From positions 1 through 17,310 of the forward strand of contig CAWHMU010000029.1 in NCBI GenBank assembly GCA_963830365.1: 17,310 bases of DNA, read 5' to 3'. Shown here piece after piece: positions 1 to 8,810 of the stretch. The notes beneath the pieces are model-generated. The model did no database searches. It worked only from the letters and a program-made list of their open reading frames with translations, and had not been told where the DNA came from. The position numbers were made by a program, and so were the translations under genes. Position 1 is the first letter of the stretch, and each line of letters begins with the position of its first letter. The stretch comes from an uncultured Chlamydiae bacterium (GTDB lineage Bacteria > Chlamydiota > Chlamydiia > Chlamydiales > Parachlamydiaceae).

Positions 1-1206
1 CATCGTGCAAATGAGTACCTAACTTTGTGTAAACTATAGAGACGTAATTTAAAATACTCCATATCTCGAAATCCGTAAGCTTGGCGCTTCATTGTTTTAA
101 TCTTGTTATTGATCCCCTCAGTCTTTGCATTGGTGATGGGATGTTTAAAATAGTTTACCAATCCTTGCCAATGCCTAAGCAGGGTTTTTCCTGCCTTCTC
201 CAGCTCATGTATCCCTGACTCCATAGTATCCATTATCCACCAAGCAAGAAATCTAGCCCCCCTCTTTCACCGTCTGTTTAGACCAAAATTGACGAATTTG
301 CTCCTTCATTGCATGAGCCAAGGCTATCGGTTGATTTACTTCTAAAAGGCATTCCAAACTACTTTTTCTCTTAGAATCAAGTTTTTCATAGTTCCTTAAA
401 AGTAAAAATCTCATTCCTTTAATGACTCTTAAGCCAACTTCATTGCATTTTGCCTGCTGATCTCTCCGGATTTCCTCGATTGCCGTATTCAATAATGCCA
501 CGACATGAAATCGATCAAATACTATGTCAACATCCGGTAAATGATTTTGTACAGCTGATGCATAGGCTGCATTCATGTCCATAGCCATCGCTTTGAGCTG
601 TAAAGCCTTTTCCTTCAACTCTAAGAGGAATGGGATTACGCTTCCCATGCTTTTACCTTCTACGGCGTGAATGATTTCTCCTGTCTCAAGGTTGATGAAA
701 ATCGTCATGTATTCATGCCCTTTTCGAATACTAAACTCATCGATGCCCACGTATCGAAGGGATGTAAAATCGAAACTCTTATACTCCCTCTGAAGATATG
801 CTTTATGTATACCCTTCACGAGACTCCAAGAAACCCCAAGGAATTTTGCCACATGTTCTATTGTTGCAAACCCCATAAGATTAATGACAAACTTCTCAAA
901 GGAAGTGGTATAACGCTTTCTGGGCTTGACAAAGGGAATCGGGGGCCACCAAACGTGTAGGCAATTGACGCATTGAAGACGATGTAGCCGCAGGTTGAGA
1001 AAAGCCATTTTGTTCCCTAGAGGGGCCATGCGAAGCCTACGTAACTTCAGTCCCTTCGATATGGATTCACTGTTCCCACAGCAAGGACAAAGTGTTTTTT
1101 TGGGTTGAAGAAGCGCCTCGAAAAGTATTTTGTCTTCATGATATTCACGATTCAGGACTTGAACATCTTCGATCTGATTGGTATGGTAAAGCAGTGAAGC
1201 AGGCAT
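1..1206 (-). pseudogene. ISL3-family transposase, frameshifted
   Basis: ORF 253-1206 has the zf-ISL3 cysteines (CPCC...CVNC), GIDEF, AMDM and FDRFHV. Removing one G from the G6 run (C6 at 257-262) restores ...EGARFLAWW...ITNAKTEGINNKIKTMKRQAYGFRDMEYFKLRLY..., which runs into the TIR at the window edge. Confidence 0.9.
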
Positions 1207-1238
1207 ATTAAATCTCCTTTTTTGTCGAAGGATTTAAT
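1207..1238 (-). promoter_or_regulatory. Hairpin covering the ISL3 transposase ribosome-binding site
   Basis: attaaatc (1207-1214) / gatttaat (1231-1238) inverted repeat encloses the minus-strand AAGGAG just upstream of the ATG. Confidence 0.5.
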
Positions 1239-1400
1239 AAATTGTCTGCTTCTCTTTTTCAACTAGTTAAACTAGCCCCATTTCTTCGTTCTCCTCGGCT
1301 AGGTACTCATTTGCGCGATGAGCCACTTTTACTCCATTAAAAGCAAAGGAAAAACAATAAATAACTATTAAATAAAATTATTTAATCGGTTTTTTTTAAT

Positions 1401-1462
1401 TATACCACCCACGGTTAGGTTTTTCACATTTTTGCTGTGCACAATCTACCGCGCGCGGTATA
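1401..1462. repeat. 62-bp imperfect palindrome with TATACC...GGTATA ends (TA-flanked MITE-like)
   Basis: tataccacccacggttaggtttttcaca pairs imperfectly with tgtgcacaatctaccgcgcgcggtata. A related arm occurs at 8601-8658. Confidence 0.6.
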
Positions 1463-1506
1463 GCTGCATCTATGATTGATTGCGTCAAAATTCGTGGCAA
1501 AAAATG

Positions 1507-1745
1507 GGTTCATCACACAAATGAGTGGTTGACAGAGGTGAAAACCCAAAAACCCTAAATGTAGACTTTGGTTGAACGGATTGGGGTCCGGCTTGCGATT
1601 TGCGATTTGAAAGGAGTCGGGCTCTCTAATGCATTTAGGACTTTCAAATCACAAATCACAAGCCGGACCCCAATCCTCAAAGACCTGTCACGCTATGAGT
1701 TTTTGAGAAGTTATCTCTGCCAACCACTCACTTGTGTGATGAACC
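1507..1745. mobile_element. ISL3-derived MITE (239 bp) with an internal 36-bp inverted repeat
   Basis: 31-bp TIRs at 1507-1537 / 1715-1745 (2 mismatches) and an inner IR at 1578-1613 / 1641-1676 (2 mismatches). No exact target duplication. Confidence 0.88.
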
Positions 1746-1958
1746 CGAAATTGCTGTCGCCTTATTCACGGCTCTCTTTATACTACATTTTATTCCATAG
1801 GTTGACACCTATGGCTACATGCTTCCGCCTCTATCGAGGCTAACTAGACCTTATGTGCTAGAATGCCGATTTGTTTCAAAGAGAACATTACAAATAGATC
1901 ATTACTTCTCATATTTCGACCATCAATTACTAGGGCTTTTTGACGAATCATCATGGGC

Positions 1959-1982
1959 AGGTACTCATTTGCGCGATGAACC
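1959..1982. repeat. Orphan ISL3 terminal inverted repeat (right-end orientation)
   Basis: aggtactcatttgcgcgatgaacc is 23/24 identical to 1301-1324. Confidence 0.85.
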
Positions 1983-2074
1983 CCATTTATTCCAAAATAG
2001 GCTAATACAAGTGTTTTTCCTACCCTCCGCTTTGTCCGCTTGTGGCTGTCCGTCTCGTCCTCATCGTCCGCCTT

Positions 2075-2911
2075 TTAAGCCATGGGGGCTTTTTGGCATT
2101 TAGGGCAGAGGTGGGTGCCGCGCTGGGCGAGGGTGATTTTGATGAGGGGGGTATGGCAGCGGGGGCAGGGCAGGCCGTCGCGCCGAAAAACATTTAGCGC
2201 ATCCTGGTTGCTGCCGCGGCGGCCGCTGACGCTATAGTAGTTGGCGCGCTTGGCGCCAAGGCTTGTGCCCATGTTTTTGATGCCTTTGCTTAAAACTTTG
2301 GGGATGGCTTTATGCAGGGCTTTGATTTCGGCTTTAGTAAGCGTACCAAGGCGTCTGGCGGGGTGGATTTTGGCTTCCCATAGGGCTTCATCGACATAGA
2401 TATTGCCGAGGCCGGCGACGAAACGCTGGTTCAGCAGGAACGCTTTGATCTGCAGCCGGCTGCGTTGCAGCACTTCCTGAAAGGCGGCCAGCGTAAATTC
2501 CTTCGATAAAGGCTCAAGCCCTAGCTCGGAAAGTTTATCGTCGGCTTGCGCCATCAGATACCATTTGCCGAATTTGCGCTGATCTTCATAGCGCAACTGG
2601 CGACCATCACTAAGCCACAGGCGCACCCGTTCGTGCGCCGAGATCCCCTCAGTACTTTCCGCAAAAGTAAATTTGCCGGTCATGCGCAGGTGTACCAAGA
2701 GGGTATGCGCGGATAGGACAAAGACCAGAAATTTGCCGCGCCGCCGGATTTCGATGATGGATTGTCCGGCGATAAGGCGGCAAAAATCGGCCTCGCCGGG
2801 GGTGGCGATGCTGCGGGGCCAAAAGACATGGGCCCTGGTAATGGTTGTGCCCTCAAGAAGAGCCTCGCGCATCTCGCGCGTAATCGTTTCGACTTCCGGC
2901 AACTCAGGCAT
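2075..2911 (-). CDS. mutM: Formamidopyrimidine-DNA glycosylase (Fpg)
   Basis: N-terminal MPELPEVE, RRGK, HLRMTG, H2TH motif GLGNIYVDE, and C-terminal zinc finger CPRC...RGTHLCPKC. Confidence 0.98.
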   Translation of the reverse strand: MPELPEVETITREMREALLEGTTITRAHVFWPRSIATPGEADFCRLIAGQSIIEIRRRGKFLVFVLSAHTLLVHLRMTGKFTFAESTEGISAHERVRLWLSDGRQLRYEDQRKFGKWYLMAQADDKLSELGLEPLSKEFTLAAFQEVLQRSRLQIKAFLLNQRFVAGLGNIYVDEALWEAKIHPARRLGTLTKAEIKALHKAIPKVLSKGIKNMGTSLGAKRANYYSVSGRRGSNQDALNVFRRDGLPCPRCHTPLIKITLAQRGTHLCPKCQKAPMA

Positions 2912-2912
2912 G

Positions 2913-5660
2913 TTAAGCTTGCGGTGTCGCTGTAAAGGCAGCTTTGGCGAGGTAGTCCCCTTCCAGCAGGCGGTAGTTGATCTTGCCGGTGCCCATGATG
3001 GGCAGCTCGTCCAGCTTGATGACGGCAGAGACTCTGACGAGGTTGCTGAAGCCGGAATCCTTCAGGGTGCTATTGACCTCTTCAAGGACGATATCAAAGC
3101 GGCTGAAGAGGAATAATTTCGTCTTCTCTCCCGGAATTTCTTTCGAGCACATAGCCAGGGAAGGCCCCTCTTGATTCGTCGGCCAGCCCTTCTTGACGCC
3201 AGCTTCCAATAGAGCTTCTTCCAGCGATGCCAAACTGACCATTTCGCCGCCGATCTTGACGAAGCGCTTCATCCGGCCGGAAAGCGTCAAAAAGCCTTTG
3301 TCGTCCAGATAGCCGAGATCGCCCGTCTTATACCAGCGCTCGCCATTGATGGTGGCGAAGGGAGAGGCCAGGCCGGGATTGAGATAGCCGTTGAAGATGT
3401 TAGGGCCTTTGGCCAGGATCAGACCGCGCTCGCCCTGTGGCAAGGGCTTTTCAGTCTCAGGATGGACGATGCACAGCTCGATACCGGGGAGGGCTTTGCC
3501 AACGCCCTTGCTGTGGCTGTCGGGCGGATTCATGGTCAATACCGGCGAGCATTCCGTGATGCCGTATCCTTCCATCAGGATGCCCGGCTTGCCGCGCTCT
3601 TCCAGCATTTTGAATAATTCCGGCGGCGCCTTTTCGGCGCCGGTGACGCACAGGCGCATGGTTTTGATATCCTCTGCCGTGGCCGCTTTCAGCATCCCCT
3701 TGATAAATGTCGGCGCGCCGCACATGATGGTCAGCTGCCAGCGGGCAAAGCCGCGCGCCAGCTTCTTGCCGTCGGTAGGATTCGGGGAATAGAACACTCT
3801 CACTCCCGACAAAAGCCCAAGGATGCCGCTGATGGTGAAACCGAAAGAGTGGAACGGCGGCAGGATGCCATAGATGGCATCATCGGAGAAGACCTCGACA
3901 GCCTTAAGGGAAGCTCGCAAATTGCTTAATATATTCTGCTGCGATAGCGGCACGCCTTTGGGCATGCTTTCAGTACCGCTGGTGAACAGCAGCACCGCCG
4001 GGCTGTCTTTGCTGACCTTGTCGATGGCAAACGTCTTCAAGAGGGCTCGCGTGCTCATTTTAGAGCGGATGAAGGCTTTAAGTTTATCGGCAAGGGTGAT
4101 CTCCCGCACCACGTCTTCCAGCATTACCAGCATCTCATCGACGCCGGTGAGGTCGACATTTTCCAGCTTGTCGATGAAGGCCCAGGAGCTCAACACCACC
4201 TGCACTTTGGACAGCTGGGCGACGGACTCCAGATGGCGCGGACCGACGGTCCAGTTGACCATCAGAGGTACCTTGCCGGCCAGCTGGCAGGCCAGGATGA
4301 GCAGGTTGGCGCCGGCGCTGGCCGGCAGCATGATGCCGACATAGGAACCGGGAAGCTTGCGCAGATACTCGGCGATCAGCACGGCGCGCAATTTAAGCTG
4401 GGCATAGGTCTGGATGCCCATGCGGGCATCGGCACAGGCGACGGCCCCTTTGGCACGGGCGCACTGGTTCAAAAATACTTCTGCGATGGTATCGCCAGGG
4501 GCGATATCGACGCGCCGCTTGGCTACCGGCTGCAGCCATTTTGACAGGTTGAATTTTTCATCTTCGACAATTTCTTGGCATTCGATCTGGTGGGCAGCGA
4601 TGCCCATCAACTTGGCAACCGTCGTCAATTCTGTGGCTTGCACGCCGCTGACATCGTATTGATCCTGCAGGAAGGCGATGAGATCTGCCGTATCCAGCGA
4701 GTCAAGGCCGAGATCCGTGGCCAGATGCATTTCAGGTTTTATGGTGGCCGGATCGCATTCCAAAAGCTCGGCCAGTTTGGCGATGATGTTAGCCTGCACC
4801 TCTTTGGGGATGGACGCCAGAGGGATTTCCTTTTCGGAAGGGGCGTTGACACTGCGCAATGGCAGGTACTTCTTAGAGAACATACTATAGGAAACAAGCA
4901 CCAGTGAATCGCCGGGAGACTCCCCGCTTTGCTGGCTCAGCCCATCGGGCTGGTTGTACCATTTCTCAAGGTATCTATTGATCTCCAAACGCGAAGCCTG
5001 GCGCGGGAAATCCACCGGCGCGACTTCAAACTCCACCATGACTTCACGGCGTGGGGTGAACAGGATAAGATTTTTTAGCAGCGCTTTTAAATTATCCACA
5101 ATAATACTCCCCAAGGCTGAAGTATCGCCGGTGGCCCGGGAAAAACTGCTCCCCCATAACCCCTTCACGCGCACCAATACGACATTGGCTTCCGGCACCT
5201 CCTGGATGATGTGGTGGACGGCAGAGGTGCCGCCGATGACTTCCCGTGCGCTATGCTTGGCTTTTCCTGAAGGATATATCAGGAAATTTTCTTTACCTTT
5301 CAAGCCCTCAATGACCTCATTGATGACTTTGTCCCCCTTCTTGCGCTTGAGGCTGTTAGTTGAGCTGACAAAGTCCGGCACCGGCAAAGCATTGATCAGG
5401 CGCATCATCGAATGGACGACGGGCAGATAATACATGAATTCTACCACCAGCGGGCGCACCTTGAATTTAGGCCATAGGGTTAGTGAGGTGATCAGGGGAT
5501 CGATGAAGAAGGTGGGATGGTTCGGCATGAACAGAATGCCTCCCTTCCTATTTAAGGCGGCGGGAGTCAGCTTATCAAAGCCCTTTGCCCGAATGCGATA
5601 GCGCAGCCCAAGGGTCACATTAAGCAATTTGATGGCCAGATATTCGACAACTCTCTTCAC
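2913..5660 (-). CDS. aas: Aas-like fusion: PlsC-type acyltransferase + acyl carrier (PP-binding) domain + AMP-dependent acyl synthetase
   Basis: NHPTFFIDP / IYPSG acyltransferase motifs; DLGLDSLD phosphopantetheine site; adenylation motifs FTSGTESMPKG, EGYGITE, YKTGDLG, GRMKRF and GKI. GTG start; stop lies 1 bp before the mutM start. Confidence 0.9.
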   Translation of the reverse strand: MKRVVEYLAIKLLNVTLGLRYRIRAKGFDKLTPAALNRKGGILFMPNHPTFFIDPLITSLTLWPKFKVRPLVVEFMYYLPVVHSMMRLINALPVPDFVSSTNSLKRKKGDKVINEVIEGLKGKENFLIYPSGKAKHSAREVIGGTSAVHHIIQEVPEANVVLVRVKGLWGSSFSRATGDTSALGSIIVDNLKALLKNLILFTPRREVMVEFEVAPVDFPRQASRLEINRYLEKWYNQPDGLSQQSGESPGDSLVLVSYSMFSKKYLPLRSVNAPSEKEIPLASIPKEVQANIIAKLAELLECDPATIKPEMHLATDLGLDSLDTADLIAFLQDQYDVSGVQATELTTVAKLMGIAAHQIECQEIVEDEKFNLSKWLQPVAKRRVDIAPGDTIAEVFLNQCARAKGAVACADARMGIQTYAQLKLRAVLIAEYLRKLPGSYVGIMLPASAGANLLILACQLAGKVPLMVNWTVGPRHLESVAQLSKVQVVLSSWAFIDKLENVDLTGVDEMLVMLEDVVREITLADKLKAFIRSKMSTRALLKTFAIDKVSKDSPAVLLFTSGTESMPKGVPLSQQNILSNLRASLKAVEVFSDDAIYGILPPFHSFGFTISGILGLLSGVRVFYSPNPTDGKKLARGFARWQLTIMCGAPTFIKGMLKAATAEDIKTMRLCVTGAEKAPPELFKMLEERGKPGILMEGYGITECSPVLTMNPPDSHSKGVGKALPGIELCIVHPETEKPLPQGERGLILAKGPNIFNGYLNPGLASPFATINGERWYKTGDLGYLDDKGFLTLSGRMKRFVKIGGEMVSLASLEEALLEAGVKKGWPTNQEGPSLAMCSKEIPGEKTKLFLFSRFDIVLEEVNSTLKDSGFSNLVRVSAVIKLDELPIMGTGKINYRLLEGDYLAKAAFTATPQA

Positions 5661-5710
5661 AAGAACCCCTAGGTAAATAACGTCATCTTAAAAACAACTC
5701 AAATACATTC

Positions 5711-5836
5711 ACCACAGAGACACAGAGGCACTGAGACACAGAGGCACTGAGAAGCAAGGGATGGAACGGGGTAAACCCGATTAAAGAAGGCTTCATTTAG
5801 CCTGCTTGTTTTGCTCTGTCTCGGTGTCCCGGTAGT
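5711..5836. repeat. ACCACAGAGACACAGAG-type repeat element with a 16-bp tandem duplication and a degenerate inverted arm
   Basis: gagacacagaggcact occurs twice (5717-5748). Degenerate inverse arm ctctgtctcggtgtcccggtagt at 5814-5836. Another inverse half copy lies at 12901-12919. Confidence 0.6.
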
Positions 5837-5857
5837 AAATTTATTAGTCTCTTCTTG

Positions 5858-8299
5858 TTAAGCCTGATTCATATATTTTTCTTCAAGCTCATTATAATGA
5901 ATTTTACCGGCGCCGGTGATCGGCAATTTGTCCAATTTCTTTACTAGAGATACTTTTACCAGGTTGCTGAATCCGGCTTTCTTCAATACGCTATTGACTT
6001 CATCAGCCGAGATGTCGAATCTGCAAAACAGGGTGATCTTGGATTTTTCGCCGGCGATTTCTTTGGCGCAGATTGCCAGCATCGGTTCATCCTGGTTGGC
6101 CTGGGGGTAGATTTTTAAGATGTGCTGCATCAGCACGTCTTCGATGGCGGCAAGGCTCACCATCTCGCCTCCCATCTTGACAAAGCGTTTGATGCGTCCG
6201 GAAATTGTCAGGTAGCCATGTTCATCCAGATAGCCAAGATCGCCGGTTTTATACCAATTGGCATTGTTGACCATAGTGAAGGGGGAGGAAATCCCTTTAT
6301 TGACATAGCCGGTGAAGATATTGGGACCATTGACTAAAATCAGCCCGGCTTGGCCGGTGGGCAACAAAACTTCTGTCTCGGGATGGACGATGCATATGTT
6401 TATGCCGGGCAACGGTTTGCCGACACCTTTATGGGGCGCGCCGAGAGGATTCAAGGTTAGTACAGGCGAACATTCGGTGATACCATACCCTTCCCTTAAG
6501 TTTATGCCCTTATTTAATTTCTCCAGCTTCTGAAACAATTCGACTGGGCATTTTTCCGCACCGGTGATACACAGGCGCAGCGTTTTGATTTGACTTGGAT
6601 CGGAGACGAATTTAAGCATGCATTTAAGGAAGGTGGGGGCGGCAAAAATGATCGTTGCCTGCCAGCGCGTGAAGTTGCGGGCGATACAACGGCCGTCGTT
6701 TGGATTAGGGTAGAAAAATACGCGCGTGCCGGAGAGCAAGCCAAGCAGGCCGCCGACGGTAAAGCCAAAGGAATGGAAGGGGGGCAAGAAGCTGAAGATG
6801 ACATCGTCGGAAAAAACGGTCTCGGCGGTTAGGCAGCCCCTTAAGTTACTCAACAGGTTGGTGTGTGAAAGTGGCACGCCCTTGGGCTGCGCTTCGGTGC
6901 CGCTGGTGAATAACAGCACCGCCTGGCTATCGGGCGAGACTTTATCTATGCCAAAGCGTTTCATGATTGCCCGCGTGCCCTGTTTGGCACGGAACCATGC
7001 CTTAAGCTTATCGATGAGGGAGAGCTGCTTGACGATATCATCGATCATCAGCAGGCGGTCGTCGACACCATTGAGATCGACGCTGTCCAGGCGTTCCAGA
7101 AAGGCTGATGAGCTGATCACCACCTCGACATGTGAAATCTCTATCACTGAGGCTAGATGGCGCGGCCCGACGGTCCAGTTTACCATCAACGGCACTTTCC
7201 CCGCCAGCTGGCAGGCCAGGATGAGCAGGTTGGCGCCGACGCTTGAAGGCAGCATGATGCCGATATACTTGCCGGGCAGCTTCCGAATATAATTGGCAAT
7301 GATAATGCTGCGCAGCTTTAGCTCGGCATAAGTTTGTATGCCCAGGCGTTCATCGGCACAGGCGTTTAAATTCCCCGCGCGGGCGCATTGATTTAAAAAG
7401 ACTTCGGCAATGGTCTTTCCCGGCGCGATATCGACGCGGAATTTGACCCTGCCATCCTCCCATTTGGGGAGTGTGACGTTTTTCTTATCTTTAGTTTCGC
7501 CGGCTGGAGGGATGAGCACGAGGGTATCGCCCGGCGTATCGCTTGTACTAGTGGCATCGGCCGGCTTGCCCAGGCCATCGGGACTATTATACCACAGTTC
7601 CAGGCGCCGGTTGAAATCTTGGCGCGTGGCATTCCAGGGGAAGATGGCAGGGGCCACTTCAAACTCGACCACGACATCACGGCGCGGGGCAAAGAACAGT
7701 AAATTCTTAAGCAGAATTTTGGCAGATGAGCATAGCAAGCCAAAAGTTGTCGGTTCTTTGTCGCACAAAGCCCTTGAAAAGCTGCTGCCCCACAGTCCTT
7801 TCACTCTTATCAACACGATGTTGGCATCAGGACAATGGCTGACGATATGATAAGCTGACGTGGCATTACTGCCGATCGTCTCATAGGCGGAATTTTTGAC
7901 TTTGCCTGCCGGATAGATAAGGATATTCTGCTTCAGCTGCAAGCCTTTGATGGCGCGGTCGAGGGCTTCGTCTTGTTTTTTGCGTTTTTGGCTATGACCG
8001 GAGCTGACGAAATTGGGGATAGGGATGCCATCCAAGGCGCACATCAAAGCATGCATCACAGGTACGCGATAGATATTTTCGGCTATCACCGGCCGAAAAG
8101 GAATTTTAGGCCAGAGGGCTAGAAAAGTCACGAGGGTGTCGATGAAATAGGCGGGGTGATTGGACAGAAATACGATGCCGCCAGTTTTAGTGAGCAGGTC
8201 TGCCCTTAAATTTTCCATGCCTTCCACCCGAATGCGATAGCGGCCGGAAAAGGCCAGCTTTATAATACAGGCTAAGAAATATTGGATCGCTTTTTTCAC
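5858..8299 (-). CDS. aas: Second Aas-like paralog (acyltransferase + acyl synthetase) lacking the internal ACP domain
   Basis: Colinear with 2913-5660 (NHPAYFID, KGLWGSSFSRA, NWTVGPRHL, FTSGTEAQPKG, EGYGITE, YKTGDLG) but about 100 aa shorter, with no GxDSL motif. GTG start with AAGGAG RBS. Confidence 0.88.
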   Translation of the reverse strand: MKKAIQYFLACIIKLAFSGRYRIRVEGMENLRADLLTKTGGIVFLSNHPAYFIDTLVTFLALWPKIPFRPVIAENIYRVPVMHALMCALDGIPIPNFVSSGHSQKRKKQDEALDRAIKGLQLKQNILIYPAGKVKNSAYETIGSNATSAYHIVSHCPDANIVLIRVKGLWGSSFSRALCDKEPTTFGLLCSSAKILLKNLLFFAPRRDVVVEFEVAPAIFPWNATRQDFNRRLELWYNSPDGLGKPADATSTSDTPGDTLVLIPPAGETKDKKNVTLPKWEDGRVKFRVDIAPGKTIAEVFLNQCARAGNLNACADERLGIQTYAELKLRSIIIANYIRKLPGKYIGIMLPSSVGANLLILACQLAGKVPLMVNWTVGPRHLASVIEISHVEVVISSSAFLERLDSVDLNGVDDRLLMIDDIVKQLSLIDKLKAWFRAKQGTRAIMKRFGIDKVSPDSQAVLLFTSGTEAQPKGVPLSHTNLLSNLRGCLTAETVFSDDVIFSFLPPFHSFGFTVGGLLGLLSGTRVFFYPNPNDGRCIARNFTRWQATIIFAAPTFLKCMLKFVSDPSQIKTLRLCITGAEKCPVELFQKLEKLNKGINLREGYGITECSPVLTLNPLGAPHKGVGKPLPGINICIVHPETEVLLPTGQAGLILVNGPNIFTGYVNKGISSPFTMVNNANWYKTGDLGYLDEHGYLTISGRIKRFVKMGGEMVSLAAIEDVLMQHILKIYPQANQDEPMLAICAKEIAGEKSKITLFCRFDISADEVNSVLKKAGFSNLVKVSLVKKLDKLPITGAGKIHYNELEEKYMNQA

Positions 8300-8338
8300 A
8301 ACAGCTCCTTAAGCTCGATTCCCGGTTGAGAGTGACGA

Positions 8339-8376
8339 TTTTGCCCTTTTCGCTAAATAAATTCCATAGCGGAAAT
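8339..8376 (+). repeat. 38-bp direct repeat, copy A (partner at 12819-12856)
   Basis: ttttgcccttttcgctaaataaattccatagcggaaat vs ttttgccctttttcccaaattaattccatagtgtaaat: 32/38 identical without gaps. Confidence 0.75.
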
Positions 8377-8378
8377 GA

Positions 8379-8402
8379 AGCTCATCGCGCAAATGAGCAG
8401 CT
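8379..8402. repeat. Degenerate ISL3 TIR (left-end orientation)
   Basis: agctcatcgcgcaaatgagcagct is 21/24 identical to the reverse complement of 1301-1324. Confidence 0.8.
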
Positions 8403-8533
8403 TTAAGACCTTCGCTGACGTTCTCTTTATCTCGGCAGGAAGCCTGCGTCGGTGGTATGGTATTCTTAACCAATAGTTTGAACGGAAATACAGCCAACCT
8501 TTACCCTTAGCCACTTTTGATTAAAATGGTTTG

Positions 8534-8658
8534 CTATACCATGATCCAGTGAGAATTTGACATCTTGGGTCACTTTCGATCTTTCAACTGCGGGGCTTTG
8601 GCGCAGCCAAAATGTGCACAACCTAACCGCGCATGGTCCTAACCACGCAATGGTATAG
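8534..8658. repeat. TA-flanked MITE-like element (CTATACCAT...ATGGTATAG)
   Basis: 9-bp terminal IR at 8534-8542 / 8650-8658. The right arm tgtgcacaacctaaccgcgcatggt resembles the 1401-1462 arms and has a local tandem duplication (8622-8637 / 8638-8654). Confidence 0.55.
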
Positions 8659-8671
8659 TCCTCACAAAACC

Positions 8672-8695
8672 TACCCTTCACTTGCGTGATGAATC
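8672..8695. repeat. Degenerate ISL3-type TIR (right-end orientation)
   Basis: tacccttcacttgcgtgatgaatc is 19/24 identical to 1722-1745. Confidence 0.6.
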
Positions 8696-8810
8696 CAGGC
8701 AGAAATTTAAGGTTCATCACACAAATGAGTGGTTGACATTCATCCAGTTTTGGGGCCAAAGACGTGAAGTAGAGTATAGAGATGTTACTAGGCGAAGCCC
8801 ATCTCTTTGT

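Larger units (their letters stand above)
1..1324 (-). mobile_element. ISL3-family insertion sequence (left terminus about 4 bp outside the window)
   Basis: TIR catcgtgcaaatgagtacct at 1-20 matches the reverse complement of aggtactcatttgcgcgatgagcc at 1301-1324 (GG-starting ends typical of ISL3). The repeats enclose an ISL3 transposase. Confidence 0.93.

Noticed and set aside
253..270. Programmed frameshift in the ISL3 transposase
   Set aside because: It needs a +1 shift in a G6 run, and ISL3 elements normally have a single ORF. A homopolymer indel or sequencing error is more parsimonious.
1485..1506. Similarity of tcaaaattcgtggcaaaaaatg to the reverse complement of 9438-9460
   Set aside because: The match is mostly A-runs around an 11-nt core and does not extend, so it may be chance.
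2025..2072. Repeated GTCC motifs downstream of mutM
   Set aside because: Too short and degenerate to call a repeat element or terminator.
1568..2103. ORFs 1568-1843 and 1819-2103
   Set aside because: They run through MITE and TIR sequence and show no recognisable motif or RBS.
2673..7850. Numerous antisense and alternate-frame ORFs over mutM and aas (also over GDPD, ade and the lipase, including 14230-15207)
   Set aside because: These are shadow ORFs expected from GC-rich codon usage of well-supported genes.
8352..8366. Sigma54-like GG-N10-GC upstream of the second aas
   Set aside because: Poor match to TGGCAC/TTGC, and not conserved in repeat copy B.
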